The position numbers and the translations under genes are program-made. The notes beneath the pieces are model-generated. The model had not been told where the DNA came from. It saw only the letters and a list, made by a program, of their open reading frames with translations, and searched no databases. Of a stretch of DNA of 64,000 bases, positions 51,348 through 61,889 are shown piece by piece (position 1 is the first letter of the stretch; every line of letters starts with the position of its first letter). The stretch covers positions 5,696,001 to 5,760,000 of the forward strand of contig OZ252299.1 in assembly GCA_965250285.1 (NCBI GenBank), written 5' to 3'. The DNA comes from Myxococcota bacterium (GTDB lineage: Bacteria; Myxococcota_A; UBA9160; UBA4427).

Positions 51348-51702
51348 GGCACCTCGCTGCGCTGGCCGGTCTGGTCGAGCGCCCTCGGTTGGGATCGTTC
51401 GTCGACTTGCGCCGGCGAGGGTGCGCTCGGTGGCCCCACCGGTCGAGAATCGGGACAGACGGCGGTTTTGGTCGATTCCGCTCCGATTCCCGGGTGGTCT
51501 CTGTCACACTGACGACTCGGACGGGCCCGATGCTCATGCGCGGGGCCCAGCATGCCGAATCAGAGAGGGATCGGCCCGGCCCGCGTTCGAGACGCACCCG
51601 AGCTCGACTCGCCGCGCTCGCACCGCGCGCATCACGGGTCGAACCGGATTCGAGCGTGTTCTGGGCCCGATGCGTTGGGTTCGACGAGAGGCGCGGCAGT
51701 TG

Positions 51703-53076
51703 ATGACGAGCAAGACGTGGGACAACGCGAGGGCGGCGCGCGGTGCGCCCCTGCGCGCAAGCCGTTGGATCGGGGCGATCCTGGCTCTGCTGGGCCTCCT
51801 CGGCGTCGCCGACCCCGCGCGGTCTCAGGCACCGAGGGTCTGCTTCAAGGATGCACCGCTTTCGCCCGGAGCCGAGGCGGCCTTCGCCGAGATGGCGGCC
51901 GCGCAGGCCGCAGCGCCACGGGCCGCTTTCGCCGATGACCGCTGGATCGTGACCGCGACCAACGGCTCCACCGGCGTGGCCGGTGATCCGGTGATCATCA
52001 CCTGGGGTGTTGCCGCCGACGGCACTGCGATCGGCGCCGCCTTCCCTGCGGCCGGGGAGGTGCCCGGGCCGAGCGATCTCATCGCCACCTTCGATGGCTG
52101 GTACGGGCGTGCGACCTGGATGGCGCTCTTTCAGGAGTCGTTCGACGCGTGGACCGAGCTGACGGGCGTCGAGTTTCGCTACGAGGACGACGACGACGCG
52201 GCGACGATCCCCTCGGTCTCGCCGCCGGCGCCCGGGATCCTCGACGTGCGCGCCGACATCCGCATCGGCGGCCACCCGATCGATGGCGACTTCGCGATCG
52301 TCGCGTACGCGTATCCGCCCGACAATGGCGAGATCGTGCTCGACACCGACGACCCGCTCTTCTTCCAGAGCCCGGGCGACAACTTCCGCCGCCTTCGCAA
52401 TACGCTGATGCACGAGATCGGGCACGCGATGGGGCTCGAGCACGTCTGCCCCGTCAATCAATCGAAGCTCATGGAGCCCGACATCGTCACGAACTTCGAC
52501 GGGCCGCAGCACGACGATCTGATCGCCATGCAGAGCATCTACGGTGACGTTCGAGAGAACGACGACGACCAGATCGAAGCCATCGATCTCGGGCTCGACT
52601 TCGGCGAGACACTGACGCGCCTCGACCTCAGCATCGACAGCTCGAGCGACGAAGACTGGATCAGCCTGCCCGACCAGCCCGGCCTCTACGTTCAAGTCAC
52701 GGTCTCGCCCTACGGCGAGGCCTACTCGATCGCCGACTCGGACTCGAACGGGTCGTGCAGCGGCGTTCCATCGGGTTTCGACAACACGTTCACGAACCAG
52801 GATCTCTCCGTCGAGGTGCTCGCCGCCGATGGTGTGAGCGTCGTCGCGGCATCGGACGTGACTGGCGCCGGCGGCAACGAATCGATCTCGGCCATCCCGG
52901 TTCCGGGTGGTGGCTTCGTGCGGGTCGTCGGTGATGGTGCGTCGGACGTGCAGATCTACGACATGAGCGTCGAGTACATCCCCGAGCCGAGCGCTTCGGC
53001 GTCTGCGCTGACCGGGCTACTGACCCTCTTCGCACTCGCGCGCCACCGCGCGCGCCAGGTACGCTCTCGGCCGTAG
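51703..53076 (+). CDS. Matrixin-family zinc metalloprotease with PEP-CTERM sorting signal
   Basis: HEIGHAMGLEH, Met-turn LMEP; ends IPEPS-TM-RHRAR. Confidence 0.9.
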   Translation: MTSKTWDNARAARGAPLRASRWIGAILALLGLLGVADPARSQAPRVCFKDAPLSPGAEAAFAEMAAAQAAAPRAAFADDRWIVTATNGSTGVAGDPVIITWGVAADGTAIGAAFPAAGEVPGPSDLIATFDGWYGRATWMALFQESFDAWTELTGVEFRYEDDDDAATIPSVSPPAPGILDVRADIRIGGHPIDGDFAIVAYAYPPDNGEIVLDTDDPLFFQSPGDNFRRLRNTLMHEIGHAMGLEHVCPVNQSKLMEPDIVTNFDGPQHDDLIAMQSIYGDVRENDDDQIEAIDLGLDFGETLTRLDLSIDSSSDEDWISLPDQPGLYVQVTVSPYGEAYSIADSDSNGSCSGVPSGFDNTFTNQDLSVEVLAADGVSVVAASDVTGAGGNESISAIPVPGGGFVRVVGDGASDVQIYDMSVEYIPEPSASASALTGLLTLFALARHRARQVRSRP

Positions 53077-53116
53077 TCGCGCGTCGGTGGCCCCGCGCGC
53101 GAGCGAGGAGACACCG

Positions 53117-53530
53117 ATGAGCGATCGAGTGAGCGACCTCAACGCGTTCACGCGCGACCGGCACCCGGGCCTCGTCGGCGTCGAGCTGACGAGCTGCACC
53201 GAAGAGTCCGTGACGGGCCGGCTCGTCGTCCGCGAGGATTGCGTGGCGGGGACCGGCTATCTCTGGGCGCCGGTGGTGATTACCCTCGCCGACTGGCTCT
53301 GCGCAGCCGGGACGCCGCTGCACTACCGCGAGGGCGCGCAGAGCTTCACGACGATCGAGCTCAAGACGAACTTCCTCGGCAGCGCCCAGACGGGCGAGCT
53401 CGTGACGGGACGCGCGGTGCCGAGCCATGTCGGCCGCACGACGCAGGTCTGGGACGTCGAGGTGCGCAACGAAACGAGGGATCGCACCATGGCCTTGTTT
53501 CGCTGTACTCAGATGATCTTGTATCCCTGA
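53117..53530 (+). CDS. PaaI family thioesterase
   Basis: TTIELKTNFL, HVGRTTQVW, FRCTQ; GAGGAG RBS. Confidence 0.9.
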   Translation: MSDRVSDLNAFTRDRHPGLVGVELTSCTEESVTGRLVVREDCVAGTGYLWAPVVITLADWLCAAGTPLHYREGAQSFTTIELKTNFLGSAQTGELVTGRAVPSHVGRTTQVWDVEVRNETRDRTMALFRCTQMILYP

Positions 53531-53566
53531 GCCCGCCGTTGGTCGAGGCCCGCCCGGGAGCCCGCC

Positions 53567-54388
53567 GTGCCGCGCATGCATCTCTTCGAGTTCGAGGATC
53601 AGCCGTGGTTCCCCGCTCTGTGGCGCGGCTTCGGCACCGATGTGCTCCGCTTCAACCAGACGATCGTCGACCAGAGCTCACCGCTCGCCGCGCCGCTCGC
53701 CGAGCTGGCGCGCAGCGCGGGGGCACGTCGTTTCGTCGATCTCTGCTCGGGCTCTTCCGGCCCGTGGACGCGGCTCGTCGACCACCTCGCCGAGGCGGGC
53801 TGTGACCTGCCGGTGTTGCTCACCGATCTGTATCCGAACGAGACGTCGCGCGGCGACGACGACGACGACATGTCGGACGGCCGCATCGCGCACCACGAAG
53901 CGCCCGTCGACGCGACGGACGTGCCGAACGATCTCGACGGTGTCCGCACGCTGTTCAACGGCTTCCACCACTTTCGACCCGAAGCGGCGCGCCAGATCCT
54001 GCAGGACGCCGTCGACGACGGGCAGCCGATTGCCGTGGCCGAGATGGTGGCCCGCTCGCCGCTCGCGATGCTCGGCATCGTCATCGCGGGGCTGATCGTC
54101 ACCCCGATCGTGACGCTGGCCATTCGCCCCTTTCGCTGGAGCCGGCTGCTCTTCACGTACGTGATCCCGGTCGTGCCGCTGCTGGTGCTGTGGGATGGGC
54201 TCGTCTCGTGTCTGCGCGTCTATTCGCCCCGAGAGCTCGACGCGCTGGTCAGTGGGCTCGACGCCGAGGGCTGGCGATTCGAGACGGCGCGCTTGAAGAA
54301 CCCGAGCGGCCCGATCCCGATCACGCTGCTGATCGGCTGGCCGCCCGGCACCCGCGCGACGCCAAGCGAAGCCGGAGCAGCGGCGTGA
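53567..54388 (+). CDS. Class I SAM-dependent methyltransferase-like protein
   Basis: VDLCSGSSGP, LTDLYP, VDAT, FHHF, WDGLVSCLRVY. Confidence 0.8.
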   Translation: MPRMHLFEFEDQPWFPALWRGFGTDVLRFNQTIVDQSSPLAAPLAELARSAGARRFVDLCSGSSGPWTRLVDHLAEAGCDLPVLLTDLYPNETSRGDDDDDMSDGRIAHHEAPVDATDVPNDLDGVRTLFNGFHHFRPEAARQILQDAVDDGQPIAVAEMVARSPLAMLGIVIAGLIVTPIVTLAIRPFRWSRLLFTYVIPVVPLLVLWDGLVSCLRVYSPRELDALVSGLDAEGWRFETARLKNPSGPIPITLLIGWPPGTRATPSEAGAAA

Positions 54389-55257
54389 CGCTCGACATCG
54401 GGATCGGACTCGGCATGCTGCACCCGTCGGCCTTCGATGCCGCGGCCGAAGCGGCCGACCGGGCGGGGTTCGAATCGATCTGGCTGCCCGAGCATCTCGT
54501 CTTTCCGCTCGAGATGGGCGGTTCGCCTTACCCCGGTGACGACCACCCGCCGGTTCCGCCCGAGACGCCGCTCTTCGACGTGTTTGCCTATCTCTCGTAT
54601 CTGGCGGCGCGCACCGAGCGCGTTCGGCTCGGCACGTGGGTGTATCTGCTCGCATTGCGTCACCCCTTCGTGGCGGCGCGGGCCGTCGCCACACTCGATC
54701 AGGTATCGAAGGGGCGAGCCGTGTGCGGTGTGGGCGTCGGCTGGCTGCGCGAGGAGTGGACCGCGGCCGGGCTCGATCCGCGCACACGCGGGCAGCGACT
54801 CGACGAGGCGCTGGCCGTGTGCCGGCGACTCTGGACCGACGAAACGATCGAGCATCGGGGGCGCTTCTACGACTTCGACCCGGTGCGCTTCGAGCCGAAG
54901 CCGGTGCAGCGACCGCATCCGCCGCTGCTGGCCGGGGGTGAATCGGAGGCCGCGCTCGCGCGCGCCGCGGCGACGTGCGAAGGGTGGATCGGCGTGAACC
55001 ACACCCCCGAGTCGGCCGCCGAGCGTGTCGCCGATCTTCGCCGTCGGCTCGAGGCGAATGGTCGAGACCCCGCTGCGTTCGAGTACGTCGCCGGCGGCGC
55101 GATCGCCACGCCGGCGGACGCGGCGGCCTACGCCTCGGCCGGGCTCACGCGCGTGATCGTCTCGCCTTGGCGCCGATCGCGCGAAGCGTGCGACGGCATC
55201 GAGCGCCTCGCCGACGAGCTCGGCCGGGCTGGCGTCGGGCTCTGCCGCGACGCCTGA
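54385..55257 (+). CDS. LLM class (probably F420-dependent) oxidoreductase
   Basis: GFESIWLPEH, RLGT, LRHP, GVGWLREE, PKPVQRPHPP. GTGA overlap with the upstream gene. Confidence 0.9.
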   Translation: MTLDIGIGLGMLHPSAFDAAAEAADRAGFESIWLPEHLVFPLEMGGSPYPGDDHPPVPPETPLFDVFAYLSYLAARTERVRLGTWVYLLALRHPFVAARAVATLDQVSKGRAVCGVGVGWLREEWTAAGLDPRTRGQRLDEALAVCRRLWTDETIEHRGRFYDFDPVRFEPKPVQRPHPPLLAGGESEAALARAAATCEGWIGVNHTPESAAERVADLRRRLEANGRDPAAFEYVAGGAIATPADAAAYASAGLTRVIVSPWRRSREACDGIERLADELGRAGVGLCRDA

Positions 55258-55341
55258 GGCGAGACCCCGCGACCCAGGAGCCATCGAGAGAGAGCTGCGC
55301 ACCGGTTGCCGGTGCGTGATGGCGACGTGCGCACGGTCGAG

Positions 55342-55359
55342 TCGAATGTGCACATCCGA
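55342..55359. promoter_or_regulatory. Near-perfect palindrome upstream of the PEP-CTERM gene
   Basis: TCGAATGTGCACATCCGA, about 90 bp before the start. Confidence 0.35.
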
Positions 55360-55447
55360 TCGGAACAATCGAATGCATGGGCCGATCCGCGCTCAAGGGC
55401 CTCTTCTTCGTGGCCGATCTCACACTTGGACTCGGAAGGATTTCGCC

Positions 55448-56338
55448 ATGGCACGACGCAACCCGATCATGAAGCGACTGCGCCTGCACGCGCTCGTCGC
55501 GGCCGCGGCGGCCGCGATCGCTTCGCCGGCCATGGCCCTCGACATCACCGACGGCGACGTGGTCGTGCGCAACCTCGGCGATTTCGGCTTCACCGCGAAC
55601 GATTCGTTTCTCTCGTTCGACAGCGGCGGAACGGATCAGCTCTTTCAGATGTTCGGCTACCTCGGCACCGCCGCGGGTGTCGAGCGCGTGAACGGCACGA
55701 ACTTCGACGTGGTCACCTCGCTCTCGAACGTCGGGCCGGTGGCGACGTCGGTACTCGAGCTGAACGCGACCGGCGCAGCCGCGCTCGGCCTGACCGCGGG
55801 CGACATCCGGCTGCAGTACACCTTCGAGCTGGTGAACGACACGACGCCGGACGACCTCGATGGCTTCAACTGGGACTTCAACATCACGAACCAGTCGGCC
55901 CTCGACCTCGATCTGACGTTCTACTCGTACCTCGATCTCGACCTCGACGGCGCGGGCGACTTCGGCGACGACATCGCGACCGCCGATCGGCGTCAGATCA
56001 TCGTGCAGGACGCCAACTCGTCGACCGTCTACCACTGGAACGCGTCGAGCTCGGGCCTCGCCGACCACTTCCAGGTGCAGCAGTTCCCGACCGTCCGCAA
56101 CTTCCTCGACGGTCTCTCGACGGTGACCGACCTGTCGGACAACGACACGAACTTCGGCCCCGCCGATTTCACGGCCGCGTACCAGTACGACTTCACGATT
56201 GCCGCCGGCGACACCGACGGCAACGGCGTCGGCTCGATCTCGCCGATCCCCGAGCCCTCGACCGGGCTGCTCGTGATGCTCGGTCTCGCGGGCCTCGCGC
56301 GCCGGCGGCGCTCCGCGCTCGGCCCCGCGCGCGCGTAG
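55448..56338 (+). CDS. PEP-CTERM sorting domain protein
   Basis: Signal peptide (AMA-L), D/N/T-rich beta domain, IPEPSTGLLVMLGLAGLARRRR. Confidence 0.92.
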   Translation: MARRNPIMKRLRLHALVAAAAAAIASPAMALDITDGDVVVRNLGDFGFTANDSFLSFDSGGTDQLFQMFGYLGTAAGVERVNGTNFDVVTSLSNVGPVATSVLELNATGAAALGLTAGDIRLQYTFELVNDTTPDDLDGFNWDFNITNQSALDLDLTFYSYLDLDLDGAGDFGDDIATADRRQIIVQDANSSTVYHWNASSSGLADHFQVQQFPTVRNFLDGLSTVTDLSDNDTNFGPADFTAAYQYDFTIAAGDTDGNGVGSISPIPEPSTGLLVMLGLAGLARRRRSALGPARA

Positions 56339-56407
56339 CTCCGACCGGCCCACTCCTCGCTCGGCCCCGCTCCGCCTCGCCCGCTCCGGCGTCGGTGCGT
56401 GCGCGCG

Positions 56408-57457
56408 CTATTGGACCAGCGTCAGGATCGCCTCGCGCGTGGCGTCGATGGCCGCGGCGTCGATGATGCGGGCGTTGCGTGCACGCGCGGCGTCGAGATT
56501 GTCGTACGTCGTGACCGCGCGCAGCGGTCGACTCACGGTGCGACCCGACTCGCCGGCGAGCGTGAGCTGCATGAGACCTTCGAGGATCAGCAGCTCCATG
56601 TCGGCCGACTCGCTCGTCGACTCCTCGAGCGTCACGTACACCAGACCCGTGCCGAACTCGGATGTCGTCATGTAGTACTGCCCGAGCACGCTCTCGACGG
56701 CGGCCGAGACCCCGGGCACCCGGGCGCCTTCGATGACGACACGCACCTGGTGCTCGGAGAGCACCGAGCGCGCGAGTCGCACGAGGGCATCGCGCTCGAG
56801 CCCCTGCGGCTCGGGGAGCGCTGCCCCGGAGAAGTACGCGTGGCGCGCGTTCCACTGCGCTCGCTCGTCGACCACGTGCAGCATCGTGAGCGCCGCCCCC
56901 ACGCGGTCCGAGTCGGACGTGCGCGGGTCGAGCACGGTGGCCTTCTCGGCGTCGAGGATGTCGTCGAGCTCGGCCAGGCGGTCGGCGGCCTCCTGGGCCT
57001 CGGTCCCCTTGTCGAGCACGGCGAGCACGTACCACGTGCGTCCCTCGGTATCGAAGACCAGCTCCGAGAACTGGATGCGCTGCGGATCCTGGGGCAGGTC
57101 GTCGGAGAAGCCGAGCGGCGCCTCGGTCTCGAGCCCCGACTCGCGCATGTGCTTGACGACCGAGTCGCGTCCGCTCTGCATGGCCGAGTAGAGATCCTGA
57201 CCGGCGTCGCGCTTGGCCCGCGCCGTGCCGATGCCGTAGATCTGGCGCCCGTCGTCGCGCTCGTGATTGACCCAGTCGGGCTTGCCCTCGACCTGATCGG
57301 CCTGCTCGACCAGCATGTCGGAGGCCTCGCGCAGGTTCGACACGGCGGGGATCGGGACGCGGTTGTCCTCGGGCGTGTTCTTGCCGCCGCAAGCGACCCC
57401 CGCTCCGAGCAGCAGCGTCATCGAGAGGGCGAGCCCTCGGCGTTGGGCGAAGCGCAT
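56408..57457 (-). CDS. Lipoprotein with LPP20-like N-terminal domain
   Basis: Lipobox GVAC; KPDWV...IYGIGTA. Confidence 0.7.
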   Translation of the reverse strand: MRFAQRRGLALSMTLLLGAGVACGGKNTPEDNRVPIPAVSNLREASDMLVEQADQVEGKPDWVNHERDDGRQIYGIGTARAKRDAGQDLYSAMQSGRDSVVKHMRESGLETEAPLGFSDDLPQDPQRIQFSELVFDTEGRTWYVLAVLDKGTEAQEAADRLAELDDILDAEKATVLDPRTSDSDRVGAALTMLHVVDERAQWNARHAYFSGAALPEPQGLERDALVRLARSVLSEHQVRVVIEGARVPGVSAAVESVLGQYYMTTSEFGTGLVYVTLEESTSESADMELLILEGLMQLTLAGESGRTVSRPLRAVTTYDNLDAARARNARIIDAAAIDATREAILTLVQ

Positions 57458-57603
57458 GGCAGTCGTCTCCGTGATCTCGTTCGGGTGGGCGGTCGATCCG
57501 CGGCCGGTCGAGGGTACCGAATTCGGTGTGGGGCCCGTCGCCTGGCCCCGTTCGGCCCGCGCCCCATCGGTCCCGGGTCAGACCCGGGCCGGGGCACGCC
57601 GGT

Positions 57604-58089
57604 TCAGTCGGCTTCGGCAATGAGGCGGATCGGCAGCTTCGTCGTGCCCTTCGTCTCGTTGAGCACGATCTGCGAGTGCACCTCGCGCACCGTGGGCAGC
57701 TGCAGCAGTTGATCGCGCAGCAGCCGCTCGTACGACTCGATGTCGCGCGTCACCACCTTCAAGAGGTAGTCGTTCTCGCCGGTGGTCACGTACGCCCCGA
57801 TCACCTCGTCGAGCTCGGCCACGGCGTCTTCGAACTCGGGCAGGGCGCGGGTGCCGTGCTCTGACAGCTTGATGCTTGCAAAGACCATGACCTCGAGGCC
57901 GAGCCGCTGCCGGTCGAGGACACCGACGCGGCCCTGGATGACGCCGGCCTGCTCGAGGCGGCGGATGCGACGCCAGCACGGGGATTGGCTCAGGCCGACC
58001 CGTCGGGCGATCTGGGCGGTCGAGAGGCTGCCGTCCTCCTGCAGGCAGTCGAGGATGCGGCGGTCGATGGAATCGGTGCGGACCTTCAC
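57604..58089 (-). CDS. Lrp/AsnC family transcriptional regulator
   Basis: DRRILDCLQEDG, VGLSQSPCWRRIRRLE, TGENDYLLKV. Confidence 0.95.
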   Translation of the reverse strand: MKVRTDSIDRRILDCLQEDGSLSTAQIARRVGLSQSPCWRRIRRLEQAGVIQGRVGVLDRQRLGLEVMVFASIKLSEHGTRALPEFEDAVAELDEVIGAYVTTGENDYLLKVVTRDIESYERLLRDQLLQLPTVREVHSQIVLNETKGTTKLPIRLIAEAD

Positions 58090-58099
58090 GGAAGTGCCT

Positions 58100-58215
58100 C
58101 AGCGAGAATTGTATTACTCGAATCGGGAGAATTTGAGAATCACTTGATTCGCATTTCGACTAGATCGAGGCAAGATCGCAAAGAAAATCCCCTCTCGAAA
58201 GGGCACTCTTACTCC
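58100..58215. promoter_or_regulatory. AT-rich divergent control region (probable Lrp sites)
   Basis: GAGAATTGTATTACTC and GAATCACTTGATTC quasi-palindromes between the Lrp gene and the IOR gene. Confidence 0.5.
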
Positions 58216-58354
58216 GACCTGCATGAGGAGGGAATCCCGACTTCTGGCGCTTTCGAAGGCCTGCCAGAGCCCCGCTGCGGTGCCTCAGGCGGCCTGCGAT
58301 CGAGCCGGACTCGGCGGTCCTGGACCACCGCCGGGCGATCTCGGAGCGATGCTC

Positions 58355-61300
58355 ATGGCTGCCAACGCGCTCGACTTCCCCACGGCGCCCACCGCGCCCA
58401 CCGACGACGAGGCCCTCCTCGAGCGAAAGTGGTCTTCCCCTGAGGGGGAGGTGCTCGTGACCGGTGTGCAGGCGCTCGTCCGCGCGCTGATGATGCAGGC
58501 CGACCGAGACACGCTGCTCGGCCTCGATACCGGCGGCTTCGTGTCGGGCTACCGCGGCTCGCCGCTCGCGGGGCTCGACCAGCAGCTCGAGCGGGCGGCG
58601 GGGCCGCTCGGCGAGCGGGGCATCCACTTCGAGCCGGGGCTCAACGAAGAGATCGCCGCCACCGCCGTGCAGGGCAGCCAGCGCGTGGGGCTTCGTGCCG
58701 GCGCGCGGCACGATGGCGTATTCGGACTCTGGTACGGCAAGGCGCCCGGGCTCGACCGCGCGACCGACGCGATCCGCCACGCGCACGCGACCGGGGTCGG
58801 GCGCCACGGGGGTGTGCTCGCCGTCGTCGGCGACGACCACGCGTGCAAGTCGAGCAGCCTGCCGTCGCAGAGCGAGACGCTGATGGCGCATCTCGAGATG
58901 CCGGTGCTCGCACCCTCGAGCGTGCAGGAGGTGATCGAGCACGCGCTGCTCGGCTGGGCGATGAGTCGCTACACCGGTGGCTGGGTCGGCCTGGTCGCTC
59001 TCGCCGATTTGATGGACGCGTCTGCGGTCGTCGACGTGTCGCCCGAGCGGTCGGCGTTCGTGCTGCCCGAGACCGACGCGCGCCCGGTCGATGGCCTCAC
59101 GATTCGCGCGGGGCACGATCCCGTCGCGCTCGAAGCGCGCATGCGACACGGTCGGTTCGACGCGGCCCTTGCGTTCGCCCGCGCCAACGCGATCGACCGC
59201 GTGATCTTCGATGCGCGGCGGCCTCGACTCGTAGTCGTCGCCAGCGGCAAGGGGCTCGCCGAGACGCGTCACGTCTTCGGTGATCTCGGCCTCGATGCCG
59301 CGAGCTGCGAAGCGTTCGGCGTGCGCCTGGTCGGGGTCGGGATGCCGTGGCCTCTCGATGCCGAGACCCTGCGCGGCTTCTGCCGCGGCGCCGAAACCGT
59401 GCTCGTCGTCGAGGAGAAGCGCGGCTTCATCGAGCCCCAGCTGAAGGACGCGCTCTACGACCTCGCCGACGCCGAGCGGCCGCGCGTGCTCGGCAAGCGC
59501 GACGCGCGGGGCGAAGCGCTGCTCCCCGACGTGATGGAGCTGAGCGGGCGCGAGATTCGGTCGGCCCTCGAGCGCGTATGGGGCGATGCGCCACAGCCGG
59601 CGTCGATGCGCAGCGAGGCCTCGAGCGCCGCGCTGATCCACCTCGACCCGAGCCCCATCGCCCGCAAGCCCTTCTTCTGCTCGGGCTGTCCCCACAACAC
59701 CTCGACCCGGCTGCCCGAGGGCAGCCGGGCCATGGTCGGCATCGGCTGCCACTACATGGCGCAGTGGATGGATCGTGCCCACGACGACGTCTGCCAGATG
59801 GGCGGCGAGGGCGTCGGTTGGATCGGTGAGTCGCCCTTTACCGACGAGCCCCACGTGTTCGCCAATCTCGGCGATGGCACCTACGCGCACTCGGGGAGCC
59901 TCGCGATCCGGGCGGCGGTCGCCGCCAAGACGCCCATCACGTTCAAGCTGCTCTTCAACGACGCCGTCGCGATGACCGGTGGCCAGAGCGTCGAGGGCGC
60001 CCTCGACGTGCCGCGGCTCGTGCAGCAGCTCGTCGCCGAAGGGGTCGAGCGCGTGGTCGTCGTCGCGGAGGACGTCGACCGGTATCGCGCCCTGCCGCCG
60101 CTGCCCGCCCGTGTGCGGCTCGAGCCGCGCGCGAATCTCGATGCCGTACAGCGTGAGCTGCGCGAGATCGCCGGACCGACCGTGCTGGTCTACGACCAGG
60201 TGTGTGCGGCCGAGAAACGTCGTCGCCGCAAGCGCGGATTGCTCGAGGCGCCGAAGCGGCGGCTGTTCATTCACGAAGCCGTCTGCGAGGGCTGCGGTGA
60301 CTGCAGCGCGGCGTCGAACTGTCTCTCGATCGAGCCGGTCGAGACCGAGCTCGGACGCAAGCGCCGTATCGATCCGTCGAGCTGCAACGCCGACGAGACG
60401 TGTCTCGATGGCGCGTGTCCGAGCTTCGTCAGCGTGATCGGCGGCCGCGTGCGATCGCGGGCGACGCCGTCGATCGATCACGCCTTCGAGGCCCTGCCCG
60501 AACCGCCGATGCGCGACGCGGCCGACGTGACCGAGCTGGTCTGGGCCGGCGTCGGCGGCACCGGCGTCACGACCGTGGCGGCGCTGGTCGGCATGGCCAG
60601 TCATCTCGAGGGGCGCCGATGCAGCGTGCTCGACATGACGGGGCTAGCGCAGAAGGGCGGCGCGGTGCTCTCGCACGTGCGCATCGGACAGCCCGGGGTC
60701 GAGATCCACGGCGGTCGCGTGCCCGAAGGAGGCGCGCACGTGCTGATCGCAGCCGATGCGGTCGTGGCGACGAGCGACAAAGCGATGGCGCTGCTTCAGC
60801 GTCAGCGCACCCACAGCCTCGTCGATGAGCACGTCAGCCCGACCGCCGCGTTCGTGGCCGATCCCGACGCCGGCATCGATGCGGTCGATCTACAGCGCCG
60901 GCTCTCGGGCGTGTCTCGTCGACTCGAGGCGTTCGATGCCACGGGCATCGCCGAGCGGGTGCTCGGCGATGCGATCGGCGCGCACGTGCTGATGCTGGGC
61001 TTCGCCTGGCAGCGTGGGCTGCTGCCGCTCGAGGCCGCGTCGATCGAGCGGGCGATCCGCGCGAACGGTGTCGCCGTCGACGCGAACCTGCGCGGCTTTC
61101 GCCTCGGTCGGCTGCTGGCCGTCGACCCGAAGCGGGTCGAGGAGTGGGATGCCGAAGGCGGTCACGCGCCCGACTTCGAGGCCGGGCACCTCGACGATCG
61201 AGTGGCCCAGCGCGCCGCACATCTGGCCGCCTACCAGAACCGGGCCTGGGCGCGGCGCTACGAGGCGTGGGTCGACCGTGCACGTGCGGTGCAGGCGCGC

Positions 61301-61810
61301 ATCGATCCCCGAGACGATCGCTTCGTGCGTGCGGTTGCGTTGGGAGCCCACGTCTTGATGTCGCCCAAGGACGAGTACGAGGTCGCCCGCCTGTACACCG
61401 ACCCCGACTTCCGGGCTTCGGTCGAGCGGCAGTACGAAGGCGATTTCCGCATGCGGTTCCACTTCGCGCCGCCCTTGCTCTCGCGGCGCGGTGTGAGCGA
61501 CGAGCGGCCGAAGAAGTGGAGCTTCGGGGCGTGGATCCTGCCCCTGCTGCGCGCCATGGCGTTCGGTCGCCACGTGCGAGGCTCGTTCATCGATCCGCTT
61601 CGGTCGACGAGCGAACGACGGCTCGACCGCGAGCTGCTCTCCACGTTCGAGTCGCTGGTCGAAGCGGCCGAACGGGGCGCGTGCACCGAGACCCTCGATG
61701 CCTGGTCGGCGCTGCTCGAGCGGGCGATGGAGGTGCGCGGCTTCGAGCACGTGCGGCGGCGCAACGCCGAGCCGGTGCTCGCGGCGTGGCGCGAGGCGCT
61801 GGCAGGCTGA
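58355..61810 (+). CDS. Indolepyruvate:ferredoxin oxidoreductase family protein (fused alpha/beta)
   Basis: SGYRGSPL, GLNEE, FCSGCPHN, GDGTYAHSG, CEGCGDC, GVGGTGV, GLAQKGG, KDEYEVARL. Confidence 0.95.
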   Translation: MAANALDFPTAPTAPTDDEALLERKWSSPEGEVLVTGVQALVRALMMQADRDTLLGLDTGGFVSGYRGSPLAGLDQQLERAAGPLGERGIHFEPGLNEEIAATAVQGSQRVGLRAGARHDGVFGLWYGKAPGLDRATDAIRHAHATGVGRHGGVLAVVGDDHACKSSSLPSQSETLMAHLEMPVLAPSSVQEVIEHALLGWAMSRYTGGWVGLVALADLMDASAVVDVSPERSAFVLPETDARPVDGLTIRAGHDPVALEARMRHGRFDAALAFARANAIDRVIFDARRPRLVVVASGKGLAETRHVFGDLGLDAASCEAFGVRLVGVGMPWPLDAETLRGFCRGAETVLVVEEKRGFIEPQLKDALYDLADAERPRVLGKRDARGEALLPDVMELSGREIRSALERVWGDAPQPASMRSEASSAALIHLDPSPIARKPFFCSGCPHNTSTRLPEGSRAMVGIGCHYMAQWMDRAHDDVCQMGGEGVGWIGESPFTDEPHVFANLGDGTYAHSGSLAIRAAVAAKTPITFKLLFNDAVAMTGGQSVEGALDVPRLVQQLVAEGVERVVVVAEDVDRYRALPPLPARVRLEPRANLDAVQRELREIAGPTVLVYDQVCAAEKRRRRKRGLLEAPKRRLFIHEAVCEGCGDCSAASNCLSIEPVETELGRKRRIDPSSCNADETCLDGACPSFVSVIGGRVRSRATPSIDHAFEALPEPPMRDAADVTELVWAGVGGTGVTTVAALVGMASHLEGRRCSVLDMTGLAQKGGAVLSHVRIGQPGVEIHGGRVPEGGAHVLIAADAVVATSDKAMALLQRQRTHSLVDEHVSPTAAFVADPDAGIDAVDLQRRLSGVSRRLEAFDATGIAERVLGDAIGAHVLMLGFAWQRGLLPLEAASIERAIRANGVAVDANLRGFRLGRLLAVDPKRVEEWDAEGGHAPDFEAGHLDDRVAQRAAHLAAYQNRAWARRYEAWVDRARAVQARIDPRDDRFVRAVALGAHVLMSPKDEYEVARLYTDPDFRASVERQYEGDFRMRFHFAPPLLSRRGVSDERPKKWSFGAWILPLLRAMAFGRHVRGSFIDPLRSTSERRLDRELLSTFESLVEAAERGACTETLDAWSALLERAMEVRGFEHVRRRNAEPVLAAWREALAG

Positions 61811-61818
61811 GGTCGCCG

Positions 61819-61889
61819 ACTGCGCGTAGGCCACGCTCGGTCGCCAGATTGAGGCGGTCTACTGCGCGTAGGCCACGCTCGGCAGCCAG
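61819..61889. repeat. Duplication of the TRAP large-permease 3' end (42-bp period)
   Basis: ACTGCGCGTAGGCCACGCTCGG..GCCAG at 61819 and 61861. Confidence 0.85.
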
